This document shows positions 11,308-26,678 of a stretch of DNA of 64,000 nucleotides, in pieces. The translations under genes were made by a program, and so were the position numbers. Where the stretch lies: assembly GCF_009914755.1 (NCBI RefSeq), contig NC_060941.1. One strand, given 5' to 3'. The notes under the pieces are model-generated. The model searched no databases. It was given only the letters and a program-made list of their open reading frames with translations, and was not told the origin of the DNA. This stretch comes from the human T2T-CHM13v2.0 reference genome, Homo sapiens. Position 1 is the stretch's first letter. Every line of letters begins with the position of its first letter.

Positions 11308-12697
11308 TTTCAGTGTAAAAATCAAACATGATAAACCTAGAAAACTATCAGCAGGGCTATTTCTTACAGGGTTCCAGCAAGGGTTAGCATTGTTACATTT
11401 CAGAAGCTGACTTTCTTTAAACCATCTTTACAGAGGAGTAAACTTCACAGTTCCACACATGGCTGGGCTCCAGGTAGAACTCCATAGGAGTGACGAGGGA
11501 AAGTCACCACTGGGCAGGGAGGGCATTTCTGAGAAATGCAGATGAGAGGAGAGGCTGTGAGCACAGGCTGTGTCAAAACCCAGGGCAAGGGCTCCCTCCC
11601 GCCTTCCCTCCCAGTGGGAAGGCCACCCTGAGCCCCAAACCACATTCTGTTCCTTCCTCGTCATTCTGCAGACAATGGTCATCCACAGACCACACGTGTG
11701 GTGGCTTTGGCAACCAGAAATTTAAAATAAGCTATGGTTTTTCCAGTAGCCAAAATGATCCTGCACCAAAGCTCATAGACTGAGAACCTGAGCATGCAAA
11801 ACCACAGTCTGGGTGAAGGGATGTCTGCTTTGTAAATGACCTGCTAATTCTTTGCAACCCACAGTAATTTGGTTTCTGTGAACCCACAGAAGCAGGCCCA
11901 CCAAAAAGGGCCTTGTCTGCTAGCCTGGAGTATACATGAGTCACTGGCGGTGGGATCAGTCATTTTTTAGGCTGCCCCATTTTCCTAACATGTTAAAATG
12001 TGTGTTCTCAGTCTTTTCAAGAGAGGAAGAAGCAAAGCGGCACTTACAGAGTGTGAGATAGACACAGATCTGTGGCGAGGGATTGGGGAAGGTGGGTGGC
12101 ATCTTGGGACTCTCTCCAGGCTTTCTGGAGTGGGGTCAGTGGAGAGATGAACAGTGAGAAACATTTGAAATAACTCAAGTTTTGGAGCAGCGGGGGGTGG
12201 GGTACTAATGGCTGAGGACTCACAGACAGTGAGGGAGCAAAGCGCTTTGACTTCCCTGGGTGCGACACCATGAAGTGTCTATAGCACGTGGTTAGCTCAC
12301 GCTGGTTCCAAGGGTCAGCAGATCCTCTGCCCTTGTGCATTAAAACAACATGAAGGAAACTGTTAGAGATCAGTTACCTCCATAATTCATTTGTAAAGGA
12401 ATTGCTATTATGATCTAGTATGATCTTGGGATATTTTTCATGTCTTTAAATTTAGGACACGGTACATTTTCCACTGAAAATTTACAATCATCCAACATAA
12501 TGCACACCACCCCTCAAAGGTAACATTAGCTCATATACAAAATCATGGAAAACCTCACAACATCCTTGGAAGGTAGATATTGTTATATCCTTACAAAAAT
12601 TTAATACACCCATTAACATTCCTATTTCAAATAGCTCAATCGATATCAACACATAAGACAGCCCACAATTGTGATACAGTATTAAGAAGAAACTCAG

Positions 12698-13003
12698 GCC
12701 AGCCGCGGTGCCTCACGCCTGTAACCCCAACACTTTGGGAGGCTGAGGTGGGCAGATTACTTGAGCCCAGGAGTTCAGGACCAGCCTGGGCAACATGGTG
12801 AGACCCTGTCTCTACAAAAAGTACAAAAATTAGCTGGGTGTGGTGACCCACGCCTGTAGTCTCAGCTAGTTGGGAGGCTAAGACGGGAGGATGGCTCGTT
12901 GCTTGAGCCCAGGAGGTTGAGGCGGCAAGTAAGCCTTGATTGTGCCACTGCACTCAGCCTGGGGAAACAGAGCGAGACTTTGTCTCAAAAAGAAAAAAAA
13001 AAA
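12698..13003 (+). mobile_element. Alu (AluJ-like) in IKZF3 3'UTR
   Basis: Dimer; near-TSD aagaagaaact / aagaggaaact. Confidence 0.93.
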
Positions 13004-13652
13004 GAGGAAACTTGTATCCAATTTATTCAAACTGCAAAACCCTGTGTATCTTCATAACAATGGTGGGGCAAAGACTATCTACAGCTGGGGCAAGGGAGAG
13101 GCACAGTCTTGTGTTACTTTACAAGCTCTCAGAAGTTTAAAGCCCACAATTGTCCTTCAGGCTCTTCTGAGTCCATGGTCCTAAAGGGTCAGGAGTCCTG
13201 AACCCTGGCTTATTCTCAGAACCATTCAGTCGTGCTGCCTTGGAGAACAGAGTCCTTTTCCTGAGGTGGCCCAGGTCCAGCTGCTGGTTTCAGATCAAAA
13301 TTGACCTCCTTCATCGGCACTTATATCTCAAATCATTCTCCTTGTCTGAACTCTGGATATAGAGGTTTTTTGAACTATACTTTCTGTGTGAACACAAAAA
13401 TAGCTTCCCATTCTCTAAAAGATGAGGTATCACTATATATCGGGTTTTTTTCTTCTGTTCCTGGTGCTAACTTTTAGGACAAAGTTTCACCACTCCCTTT
13501 TCTCTTCTTGAGCTCACAAGTCCCGATGCTGACTCTTTGAGTCCTCAGATAGCCAGGCTCTTTCACATCTTGAGTGTCCCAGAGTTTCCAAATCTCTGCT
13601 AGAGTCCAACATACCTCTTCTCAGTGGGGTACTCTTTAAAGTGAGGACTTAA

Positions 13653-14188
<536 letters not shown>

Positions 14189-14432
14189 TCCTTAAAACAT
14201 TCTAAACCTCACATTCAGTAGGGCTTGGGGAGGTGGGGGTGGTACAGGAAATAGGAGAATAATAGTGATACAGATGCTACCTGGAAAAACTTTGTTCTGT
14301 CTGTTCCTCACGAAACAAAGCCGAAAAGAAAAACTTTATGTGGATGTGAGATTTGATAGTAACACAGTGTTTCACCTGAGCAAAATTTTGTGTTTTTAAA
14401 CATTTCTGTTTGCCAAAGAAATCTGAGGTTGT

Positions 14433-14652
14433 GGCTGGGCGCAGTGGCTCTTGCCTGTAGTTCCAGCACTTTGGGAGGCTGAGGTGGGCAGATTGCTTGA
14501 GCCCAGGATTTTGAGACTAGCCTGGGCAGTATGGCGAAACGCCATCTCTGCAGAAAAATACAAAAAAAATTAGCTGTGCATGGTGGTGTGCCTATAGTCC
14601 CAGCTACTTGGGAGGCTGAGGTAGGAGGATTGTTTGAGCCTAGGAGATCAAA
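14433..14652 (+). mobile_element. Alu, 3' truncated
   Basis: Left arm plus half of the right arm. Confidence 0.9.
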
Positions 14653-14997
14653 ATCTGAGGTCATTTTATATCTGGCCGATTTTGAGTATGGGCCTAACAA
14701 AATGTTAAGCACTGCATTTAAAAGGTGAGAAATTTTGTCACTGACAAAGTCAGAAGCTGTGTCAGGAACAGCTCACAGTGGGTCATAAAGCATAAGATTA
14801 GCTGGCTTATCTGTGCCAAGGCGAATGTCTTTTTGGGAGAATAACTTGAGGAAACTAAAGACTGATGAGTTCATTTTCTCTCTTTTTTTTTTCTGGTGGT
14901 AGTGGTGGGGGCTCACGGGAGAGACACTTCTATTTAGTTTTCTCTCCGTAGGAAGTACCGATGCAACACTTCAGGTAGTGACAGAAAACATTTGGAG

Positions 14998-15568
<571 letters not shown>

Positions 15569-16140
15569 CTTTGCATGGGTTTGGTTGTTCCTCAGACCGT
15601 GGCCTCCTGGGTGTATGGTGGAAAGCCCGCCTGATAAGAGGCTGGTGGGAAATGAAGGAGAGGGGCCTACAAGGCTCTTGTTCAGAGGGAGTCTGCATGA
15701 GAAAGTACAGGTACTATCTGAAGCTGCTCCAGGGCTTCAGTGCCCAGCAGTGGCAGATGCAAGTCCTGACTCTGCCCTTCTGCTAAGATTCTCCTTCACC
15801 CTCACCTCCCCAGCCCTGGCAAGGGGTTTGTTAATTAGTACAGCATAAGGGGTATGTACAGAAGGCAGCGTTTATCTGTGTGATGGTAACCACTGCATAT
15901 CTGGTTCAACTTCAAGACTTAAGGATGCAGAGTTTCCACACATAAATTTTTTCTGGAATTGATGGGCCCCAATCTAGGCTCAGAATGCCACAAAGAAAGT
16001 GCCTTTGTGAGTGGTCACCTTACTCAGAAAACTAACCTCAGAAGAATAGAAATCATGCAGCAAATTCATTAGTCACAGGAAAAAGGAGGATCATATCTAT
16101 AAAAAGAGTCCCCAGGCTGGTGGAATGGGCCTTGGTTTCA

Positions 16141-16540
<400 letters not shown>

Positions 16541-17027
16541 CTACTAATCCCTGCTTCCAAATTCTCTTTCTCTTGTCCCTTGAAGAACCAACAGGATGTG
16601 CGATATTTCAAGAACGTAATGAGCAACTCCTCTTTCACAAAGGGAATAAGCAATCTGGCATAGCTTGGAGTCTAGTATTACGGAAATACAGTGATATACT
16701 GAAGACTACACACCAAAATACATCCATTCCTTTAGCTGAAGTCTCAAACATGTTGGGACTGTTGCCATGGAATTTCATAAAACCTTTTTTCCTGAGACAG
16801 ACGCCATGCCACAAAGAAGGATAAGCCATTTGTGCAGTCTGAGGTGGAACATTTTAATTACTGGCAGCACATAGACGAGTTGAGTTGGAGCCGAATGCAT
16901 AAGCCCCTTAGAAATAAAACACTAATCTACCAGGAATTTGGGATTCTTGGCTCTGGTAGAAATGTTACAAATTAAGCTGACTCTTAATTTGTAAATAGGC
17001 TCCATGAAGTTGTCCCTGGAAGCAGAA

Positions 17028-17033
17028 TTTATT
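17028..17033 (-). terminator. IKZF3: Possible proximal IKZF3 polyadenylation signal
   Basis: AATAAA on - strand preceded by a U-rich tract (poly-A on + at 17060-17070). Confidence 0.35.
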
Positions 17034-17358
17034 TTCCCTAACATAATTTCTTAAAAAGTAAAAAAAAAAAGAAGGCTTTGGCAAACAGCTGCATGTGCCA
17101 ATTTGTGTGTATGCTTTGTGGCAAGATCAAAATACCTTTCTGTTTTTTGTTCCTCTCCACCACCTTCTTCACATTCACAACTCAGTGGTTAAAGGAAAAA
17201 CTTAACACACCATTTTCATACCAAAGGAATGTGAAACATGTATTCATATAAATACTCTTCTGCTTAATATCCATACATTAGGAGGTTTAAAAAATACCTT
17301 GTGGTTACTGCATAATCACATATGAATTAAAGCTAGAAGGGACCTAAGAGAACATTGA

Positions 17359-17718
<360 letters not shown>

Positions 17719-17745
17719 GGAAACTGAGTTTTAAGAGTTAAATAA

Positions 17746-18049
17746 GGCTGGGTGTGGTGGCTCACACCTGTAATCCCAGCACTTTAGGAGGCTGAGGCGG
17801 GCTGATTGCTTGAGCCCAGGAGTTCAAGACCAGCATGGGCAACATAGTGAGACCCCTATCTCTACAAAAAGAACAAAATGTAGCCAGACATGGTGGTGTG
17901 CACTTGTTGTCCCAGTACTCAAGAGGCTGAGGTGGGAGGATCACCTGAGCCTGGGGAGGTCGAGGCTGCACTGAGCCATGATTGCACCACTGCACTCCAG
18001 CCTGGGCAACAGAGTGAGATCCTGTCTCAAAAAAAAAAAAAAAAAAAAA
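17746..18049 (+). mobile_element. Alu (AluJ-like) inserted in the same MIR
   Basis: Dimer; the MIR resumes afterwards (ctcaaagtcacatagctaattag). Confidence 0.94.
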
Positions 18050-19353
18050 GTTAAACGATTTCTCAAAGTCACATAGCTAATTAGCCAGCATTTTGTGACC
18101 TCCTATTCCAGTGCTAATTTTACCATGATAACAGCACTCCTCCTGATAGTATGTACATATTATGAGTGACAAGGATGACTTATACATCTGCAGAACCGTG
18201 ATCAGACTTTCAGGAATTTTCATGGAATACAGCAGTTCCATTTAAATGGGAAAAAAAGGGCCGAAGCCTGCCTGATCAAGGAGAACCTCTCAATAGAGGT
18301 GTCCCTCCTCACCCCATTCCGGAGCTCAACTCCGATCTAAACACACATGCCATCTATCTCCAATTCCTCTCCTGTGGGGAGGGGGAGGCTGAGCCATACT
18401 TTTTGGACTTTTTTTGTGGAAAATATCATTGGCAAATTTGCTTTGGGTCTGTATCACCAATTCTCCATGAACTCTTTCAAGAAGTTTTAGGTAGCTGTTT
18501 TTTGCTTGTTTGTTTTCTGTTGGTGCTGCCAAACAATTTCCCCCTTTATACCCTTGCTCTGCCAACCTTGACCAAAGGAAAGCGATGTCATCATCCACAG
18601 TGGATAAATTTCTGGAGTTTCGATGATGGTCTATATTTAAAACCATGAGTTCTTCTGGCATAGATTTTCTTCTATAGACAACTGGTTTAGCCCAAAGCAG
18701 CTCAGCTTTTCACTGGAGATGGGAAGGTAAAGGACAGAAGCAGAAGTGCCATCAGATGACATTTTTTAAAAATGTTGTGATAGGAAATGGATCTGATGCT
18801 TGGAGAATGGGGTCTTCAGTTACTCGTAACAGATACTTATTTTATGGCTGTTCTTTTACTTACTCTTAGACTGTCATTTAGATTAGGGAGATTAGATCTT
18901 AACCCTTCAGCCTGTGAAGGGCAGAAGGGTGAGGCTTCCCAGCAAGGTCAGCTGGTCAGCTCTTCCTCTTTGTGGATTTGCATGTATGACTGAAAGGCTT
19001 TTCCACGTGTGGTTGATATATCTCAGAAAGAATGTTTCATATAGCACATCTCTGGGACCACTCATTCCACTGCTGTAGAAGATAATGACCAAATACCTTT
19101 TTGGCTTTTAAATTCCATAAAATTCAAGTCCCTGATGGGAAAACAAAGGTTTCACAAAAGTAATAATATGCTAGACCTGCGAATAATTTCTGAAGGAAGA
19201 CAGTGTTTCTCTGGCTACCCCTGTGAACACAGCTAAAAATGGTATGAAAAGAAGTTTGGAACTGAGTATGTTTTGAGAGCAATCTGTTAGGCGAGGTCAT
19301 TGGTTTTTAGAAACGATGCTGAATACATAGGAGCAATCCCTGAGACCAGATAT

Positions 19354-20057
19354 TCACTTCAGCAGGGCTCTGTGTTCTCCTCTGGCTATGTGAGACGAGA
19401 ACTCATACCGATCATGGCTTCGATATCCACACATGTTACACTCGAAAGGGTCACGGAAGCCGTGGCAGCCCATGTGAATCGTGAACATCACATAGTCCAG
19501 GAAGAGGACGCGGCAGTGGTCACACCGATACACATCCATCACCTCCCCTTCCTTGTTGATCACTTTGACGGAGTCTCTTGGGCAGATGGGCGGGGGCTTG
19601 AGGAGTTCGTAAGAGCGGGGAACCTCCTTCAGAAGTGGCATCCCATTGCGGGCCCGAGACAGGACCATGTGATTTTGCTGATAGATGTGATTCTGGCGTT
19701 CTTCATGGTTGCTGTCAGTGTCCGTGGAGTCGTGGCCACTATTGTTGGGAGAGAGGCCTCTCTCAGAAGGCACGCTCTTCTCTGGAAGGTGGATGCTTTT
19801 CTTTTCCAGCTCTTGAGGGGCACCGTTTGACATCTCAGCCCGGGTGAGGGCTATGGGATACATGCTGCTGATAACTGGAACCATCTCCGAGGTGGGAGCA
19901 GGCGGTGTCTGGACCAAGGGGCGCAGGGCTTCGGCGCCAAGATAGCTGATGGCGTTATTGATGGCTTGGTCCATCATGCGGGTCTGTATGAGCTCACTCT
20001 CTTTCTCATACATGTAACTTGAATTATAGTTGACATCAAAGCAGTGGCGCTTCTCAC
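19354..20057 (-). CDS. IKZF3: IKZF3 last exon coding part, with the two C-terminal dimerisation zinc fingers
   Basis: Acceptor ttgttccag|GT; translates (G)[22 protein letters not shown]...[23 protein letters not shown]...[30 protein letters not shown] then TGA at 19356-19354. Confidence 0.98.
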
Positions 20058-21344
20058 CTGGAACAAGTGACAGAAAGGGTTACAAAGGGAACACTGCCAA
20101 GGCAGAGAGTTTGTAAATATTTTCTAGAGACCTCAAAAAGGGAGGAGAGTTAAGTTGCCTGCTGCTCAAGAAGACCAAGCCTGGCAGAATGGTTTCCCAT
20201 GGTGCTGTCTCAGGGGACACTGGTCGGCAGCAACGTGTTTGGATGGTTAAAATAAAGCCAGCAGGCAGAAGAGAGGGGCAGAGATGTGGTTCAGTTGAGG
20301 CCACATGGTAAGGTATGCCCACTGTGCATGTTAGAGGAGAGCCCTCAAGAAAGGAGGGAAAGAAGCAGGACACTAGGATGGGGCTAGAGGGACAAGGGAG
20401 CCACCAGCCCACAGGAGCCTGGGACTTCTGCTATAGTTCATGATCTCTTAAGACACAGTCGGCTCCCAACTCTTATTTTGCTTTTGCTTGTTATTTTCTG
20501 CTTGCAATATTAGGTAGCCAGGGGGACAGAAGTGCTGCAAAGAGTGGGGACACTCGGTGCCTCACCTCGGCAGCTTTTTAAATAGCTACAGAGATAGAGA
20601 AAATAGCCCCCCAGACTCCAACTGGCTACTCCCCAAACTCACCCGTCCTGGCTGACTGAGACTGAAGTGAAAGAGCTTCAAATGTAGAAAGTTTGAGAAA
20701 AGTTTTCTTGAGAAGAGATCATGGTCTTTGTCCCTTTCCTAACGTGTGTTTCTCTTCCTTTGCTTGGCAAGTGTATCTCTGATACACATGTGATCATTAG
20801 GGCCTATCTCACACTTAACTGAAAAAATATACTTGTGGTCACCCTCTCCTACTTCTCATGTCAAACTGCTGAGAAGTTTTGAAAACAGAGTTTAGCCACC
20901 TTCAGAGTGTGTGGGTGTTGTGTGTTAGAAAACAGAGGCTCTCTGGTCACAGGGAAGGCAGGGATGGGGACTGCAGTGAGGGCAGATGTGCTCAGTGGTG
21001 AGTGGTGGGGAGAGGGGAGAGAAAGCGAGGAAGTGGAGCCGAGTGCTGGAGGTGAGGCTGAGGTCACTGTTGAGCCTCTCCATTCTGTCAGCTTGGATCC
21101 TGGAGGGATTTGCTAAACCATATCCTTCTATAATGTTTCCTAGTCATGTTGAGATTCCAAAATTTGTCACTGCCCTACAGTAAAGGGTTCAGCAATGAAA
21201 ATAAAGAAGAAGAAGAAAAAATGCCATGAGAAAACAAAAGGATTGGAAGAACCAGTTCCTGTTCTTGAGGTGTCTCCAACCTAGTGGATGAGAAATAAGA
21301 CCTATATATATATAGAACTCGAGAAAAAGTATAAGTTAAAAGTT

Positions 21345-21647
<303 letters not shown>

Positions 21648-22064
21648 CTATGGAGGTCTTTGCTTTTATTCTAAATGCCCACATTTGAGGCATTTAGGCA
21701 GGGAAGTAACGTGTTCTTTAAAAAGAATAATAAGGTAACATACAGGCATCGGTGAGACAATTTGGTATAAATTGTATATTTAGGCATTAAGGGAATGCAG
21801 AAACTTCAGAAGTACTTGGGGAAGGGAAAGCATTCTTGGAAAATCTAAATTTTGAGAAGGGTCTTGAACTGGAAGAATTTAGATTTTCAGAGAAGCGGGA
21901 GAGGACATCCTAGTTGAGGGGGAGTGCAGGAATGAAGGCAGAGAGGTGGGACTACACGGGACGTGTGCAGAAAGCGAGTCTGGCTGAAACGCGATCAAGA
22001 AGTATGAAATACAGTATTTCTCAGGCTTCACTCTTCCTTCACATTCTGCAATATCCACACACCA

Positions 22065-22275
22065 GGGCAGTGTGGTGGTTGAGAGAATAAACTCTGGTGT
22101 CAGATGGGCTGGGTTTGATGCTGGCTCCATTGGTCACCAGTTTTGTGACCTTGGGCAAGTCACTTAACCTATGTTCCGTGTCCTCATGTAAAGTGAAGAT
22201 AATTGTATGTACCTCACAGGGTCACTGGAAAGCACTTAGAACAGGGCCTGCCACATGGAAAACACTTGGTAAATG
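22065..22275 (+). mobile_element. MIR
   Basis: tgtgaccttgggcaagtcacttaacct...gtaaagtgaagataat...aagcacttagaacagggcctg. Confidence 0.8.
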
Positions 22276-24325
22276 CTTGGGTTTTTTTCCTCTGTTTGAT
22301 TTGGTTCACATTTTCTTTCTTTTTTTCTTTTTCTAAAATAAATGTGGTTTTTAAGGAAACTTTATATCACTAACATAAACGGAAAACCAGAATCACTTTC
22401 CACAAGTAGAAGGTAACTATGAAAAATAAAGACAATGAAACAGAGCATTTCATTAAATTTTGATCGGATACTACTGTGAGTACTTGGAGACTAAGATCCC
22501 TTCCCCCTTTGTTAAAAACAGAGATTACCAAGTGTGAGATTAGTGTTAAAGACAACTGGCATCAAATTAAGTCTAAATTTTTCTCCTTAGTATGATCCAG
22601 GAGACTGAAAGAGAACTGGAAAGAAAATAATTATCCTGCTGTGTGGACCCAGGTTTTTAAATGCTCCATGTGCTTGCTGGCAATTTGCATCCTACATTTG
22701 GGGAAACACTGAAAAAAGATAATGCATGGTAGGACCGAATGGTGGGCATTCCGAATGGCCCACTGTAGGGTGTGAATCCGAACCAAGAGCCAAGGCTACC
22801 TGCCCTTGAGAAAGACAGGTTTGTGGTTAACGTAACAGCAATGTGTAAGGCAGACCAGAACAGTGAGAAATTGGAGCCAGAAGAACCAGCTAAAAGATCT
22901 ATTCCCATGAGATGAATTTGTCTTTGCATCCCCACAAGCAGCTGACCTTAAGGCCAACCTGATAGTTTCCAGAGAAATACCTGAGAGAGAAAAAAAATAT
23001 GCAAACGAAAATACCCTGTCTTGGAAACTCAATGAGAAGCAACAGCAGAGTAGACCTTGGCCAAAGTAATCAATGTTTTTTATTTTCAGTTTCCAGATTG
23101 GATATATCTTTGGTCAAGGCCATCTGGAAGACTGAGAACATGAGAGCCAGCTAAGGTCACAGACATTCATTCCCTAGAATGTGACACAGAAATGATGAAC
23201 TTCGGTTTCTTGGCCTTTTTAAGGTTATTGGTTATTTTCCACTGTGGCCACCTCTATTCATCTCCCTAAATACCAGGGGTCCTTGAGAAACTTTTTCTCT
23301 TTTCACCCAACAGAGAGGCTCCAGAAGGTTTCTGGGTGGGGTAGGCACATCACAAACTCTGATTTTATCCTTTCTCCTAAGAGTTTGCTTTACTTAACAA
23401 GGCCTACAATTTCACAATCTATACCACCTGCAGCATATGTCAGAAAACAGCTGAGTGCTAAAATTGTAAAAGGCAAAACATTAAGAGGAAGATAAACCCC
23501 TGGATGAGTGGAAATATGTGACTGAATTCTGTAGTTAACACAGACCATTGTTCATTGTTAAGGAGATGGGGCAGCCTCAGATGTTCACGTGCATGCAACT
23601 TGCAATCATCAGATCCCCTCGTCTCTGAGTTACGGTAACTTGAGCAGTGCAGATGATTATCAGTCACCTGTAGACACGATGACTCAATGTGTATGAAACC
23701 CAGAAAGGGTAAACTACAGTAATTGAAAAGCCAACAGCTCACGTTTCTTTAGTAACACACTCATAAAAAAGGTTAGTCAAACCACAAAAGTGTAACTGCT
23801 TCCAAACCTGCACGGAGCATCTGGTCCAGCTTCTAGTCAAAATCACACCACGCCTTTGAATGATTCATGATACCAGCTTCAGGCTGAATTAGAGGTCTTC
23901 TTCCAACAAAAATACACACGGCAACAGCAAGTCCTAAGTTTAGAAACTAAGGCTGCCTGGTTGGGCCATTCCCTACCTGTGGTTCTTTTTAAAGGTGTCA
24001 ATGTCTTATATCTTGGCTTTGTTAACTCTAAACTAAGAAACCACCTGACCTGAACTGATGCAATGTGGTGAGGACATATGGTTGTTGGCTTCTAAGTGCC
24101 AACTTGGAAGTACAGAATCACAGGCTAGAGCTAAAAGGGCCCTTAACTGAGCAAGTGGATTCAGAACTCTGTCTGCAGGGTTGAGGGGGAAGACCCACCA
24201 CCCTAATATGTTTACTTCTGGTCTTTATATTTCACAGTACCTTGCACTGTGCCTTATATACAATAATCCCAATAATGATAAGTACTATTTATTGAGCCCC
24301 TGCTGTATCCACCGTGCCATCCTAG

Positions 24326-24544
<219 letters not shown>

Positions 24545-25302
24545 TGATACCTTTTAAGGTATGAATTATCATCTCTTAGATGAAGAACCTAAAGCACAAA
24601 CAGTTTGATTCACTTTCCAAGATTGCCCAGTTGGTGAACAGAGAACCAGGATGTAATCCAAGAGCCCACATATCCCAGTATATGTTTGAGTGTTAACTGA
24701 TGTTTCCTGGCTGCTACCTTGCCCATGGCTGCACAGCCCCACCACCAGCAGTGACTTCAGGTTTTCTGCTGTGATGGTTCCCATAGCAGAGGGAAAGGGG
24801 GCTTAGTGGCAGCAACTGCTTTTTCCACATGGACCAGCACATGCACTCAAGAAGTATATGCTGTGCAGAGTTGTTATGATATCTATAAAGTGCTTAGCAG
24901 TGCCAGGCATGTGTAAGCACTCTATTCCCATTATTTGCTTAGCACCATGGTTAGGTGATTTGAGGAATACAACAAAATTGCAATCCACTAGAGGAGATGC
25001 AGCATGTACATCATTTCATGACAAATCAGTATCCTTAATGCTACATGGTAGAACAAAACATAGAGTAGCCAAGAGAGTGGAAAGAGAAAACTGAATTACT
25101 TCTCAAATATGCCACACTTAATATGGGGCAAAGATTCATCTATTCTTTAAAGTCTCCTTGAAATCAGAGGTGGTGGTAGTGACGGTGGTGGAGACAGTCA
25201 TATCTATAATAAGAAGCAGACTAGTAAACTCGCCTGGAGTGCAGAGGGAGGATGGAGCAGAGAGAGAACACAGGGGTGTGGGAATGTGGACAATGTGTGC
25301 TT

Positions 25303-25611
25303 CTTTTTATTTTTTATTTTTGAGACAAGGTCTCACTCTGTTGCTCAGGTGGGATTGCAGTGGCGTGATTACAGCTCACTGCAGCCTCAACCTCCTGGGC
25401 TCAAGTGATACTCCCACCTCAGCCCCCTAAGTAGCTGGGACCACAGGCCCATGCCACCACACCTGGCTAAGTTTTTGATTTTTTTTTTTTTTTCAGAGAC
25501 AGAGTTTCACTATGTTGCTTGGGCCGGTCTCAAATTCCTGAGCTCAAGTGATCCTCCCACCTTGGTCTCCTAAAGTGCTGGGATTACAGGCATGAGGCAC
25601 TGTGCCTGGCC
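25303..25611 (-). mobile_element. Alu (AluJ-like)
   Basis: Reverse dimer; TSD acaatgtgt. Confidence 0.93.
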
Positions 25612-25624
25612 TACAATGTGTATT

Positions 25625-25875
25625 TTAAGGGCAGATGTGAGGGAGGCCATTCAGACAAGAGTGAGATATTACACAGAAGAGGGAGGAGGAGTTCATTGTG
25701 GCTGAAGTAAAGGACTGGTTGGCTGAAATGATAAAATTAGAAGAGGTAAGTTGAAGACAGATTGTGGAGGGCTCAGAAGGCCTGACTGAATGGTTTAGAT
25801 TTGATTCCACTGGGAGCCATTGAAAGGTTTTTTTGAAGAGGGGGGCAAAATGATCGAACCTTTAGAAAAATAACA
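25625..25875 (-). mobile_element. L2 fragment
   Basis: cagattgtggagggc...tgggagccattgaaaggtttt typical of reverse L2. Confidence 0.6.
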
Positions 25876-26389
25876 GAAATCCAATATTTAGAGTCACCAT
25901 GATGGGGTAAGGTGAAATATTCAGGTCTTAAGTCTTAAAGTTCTTCAAGTCACTTAAATGTGTTTGCTGCTGCGTCATATAATTTCCCACAAGTGTTATC
26001 CCTCACTCTTACTATCAGCACACATCCAAAAGCAAATGAACAAAAAAGGCAGGAAAATAGAATATCCAACCATCATCATGGCTCTGATCTCAACCTAAGT
26101 GAAACTAACACTTCTTGCAGGAGGTGGAAAACAGAGGGGAGCCAGAGAACAAGAAGAAACAGGAAGGAGGAAAGAACAGAGAGAGCTGTGGGGGTGGCAC
26201 TGGGGAAAGCTGAGCTGGAGACCACATTTGGTTGCTGCAGAAGTCTTTGTCCTCTGTGAGACACTGGGAAGTGCTGTGTGGATGTCATCTGTTCTCATGG
26301 AGTCACCAGGGAAGACTGTTCTTTTCTAAAGAGAATCACCCTTGAGGGAGAACAATTGCCCTTCTTCAAGGGTTTTTTTCCTCCTATCA

Positions 26390-26678
26390 ATTTTCTTTTT
26401 TGTTTTTGAAACAGAGTCTTGCTCTGTTGCCCAAGCTGGTGCGATCTCGGCTTACTGCAACTTCTGCTTCCTGGGTTCAAGTGATTCTTGTGCCTCAGCC
26501 TCCCAAATAGTTGGGATTACAGGCACCCACCACCACACCTGGCTAATTTTTGTATTTTTAGTAGAGATAGGGTTTCACCATATTGGCCCGGCTGGTCTTG
26601 AACTCCTGACCTCAAGTGATCCACCTGCTTAGGACTCCCAAAGTGGGGAATTACAGGTGTGAGCCACTGCACCTGGCC
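26390..26678 (-). mobile_element. Alu
   Basis: Reverse dimer. Confidence 0.93.

Noticed and set aside
19300-19847. 176-aa and 70-aa + strand ORFs
   Set aside because: Antisense shadows of the IKZF3 last exon.
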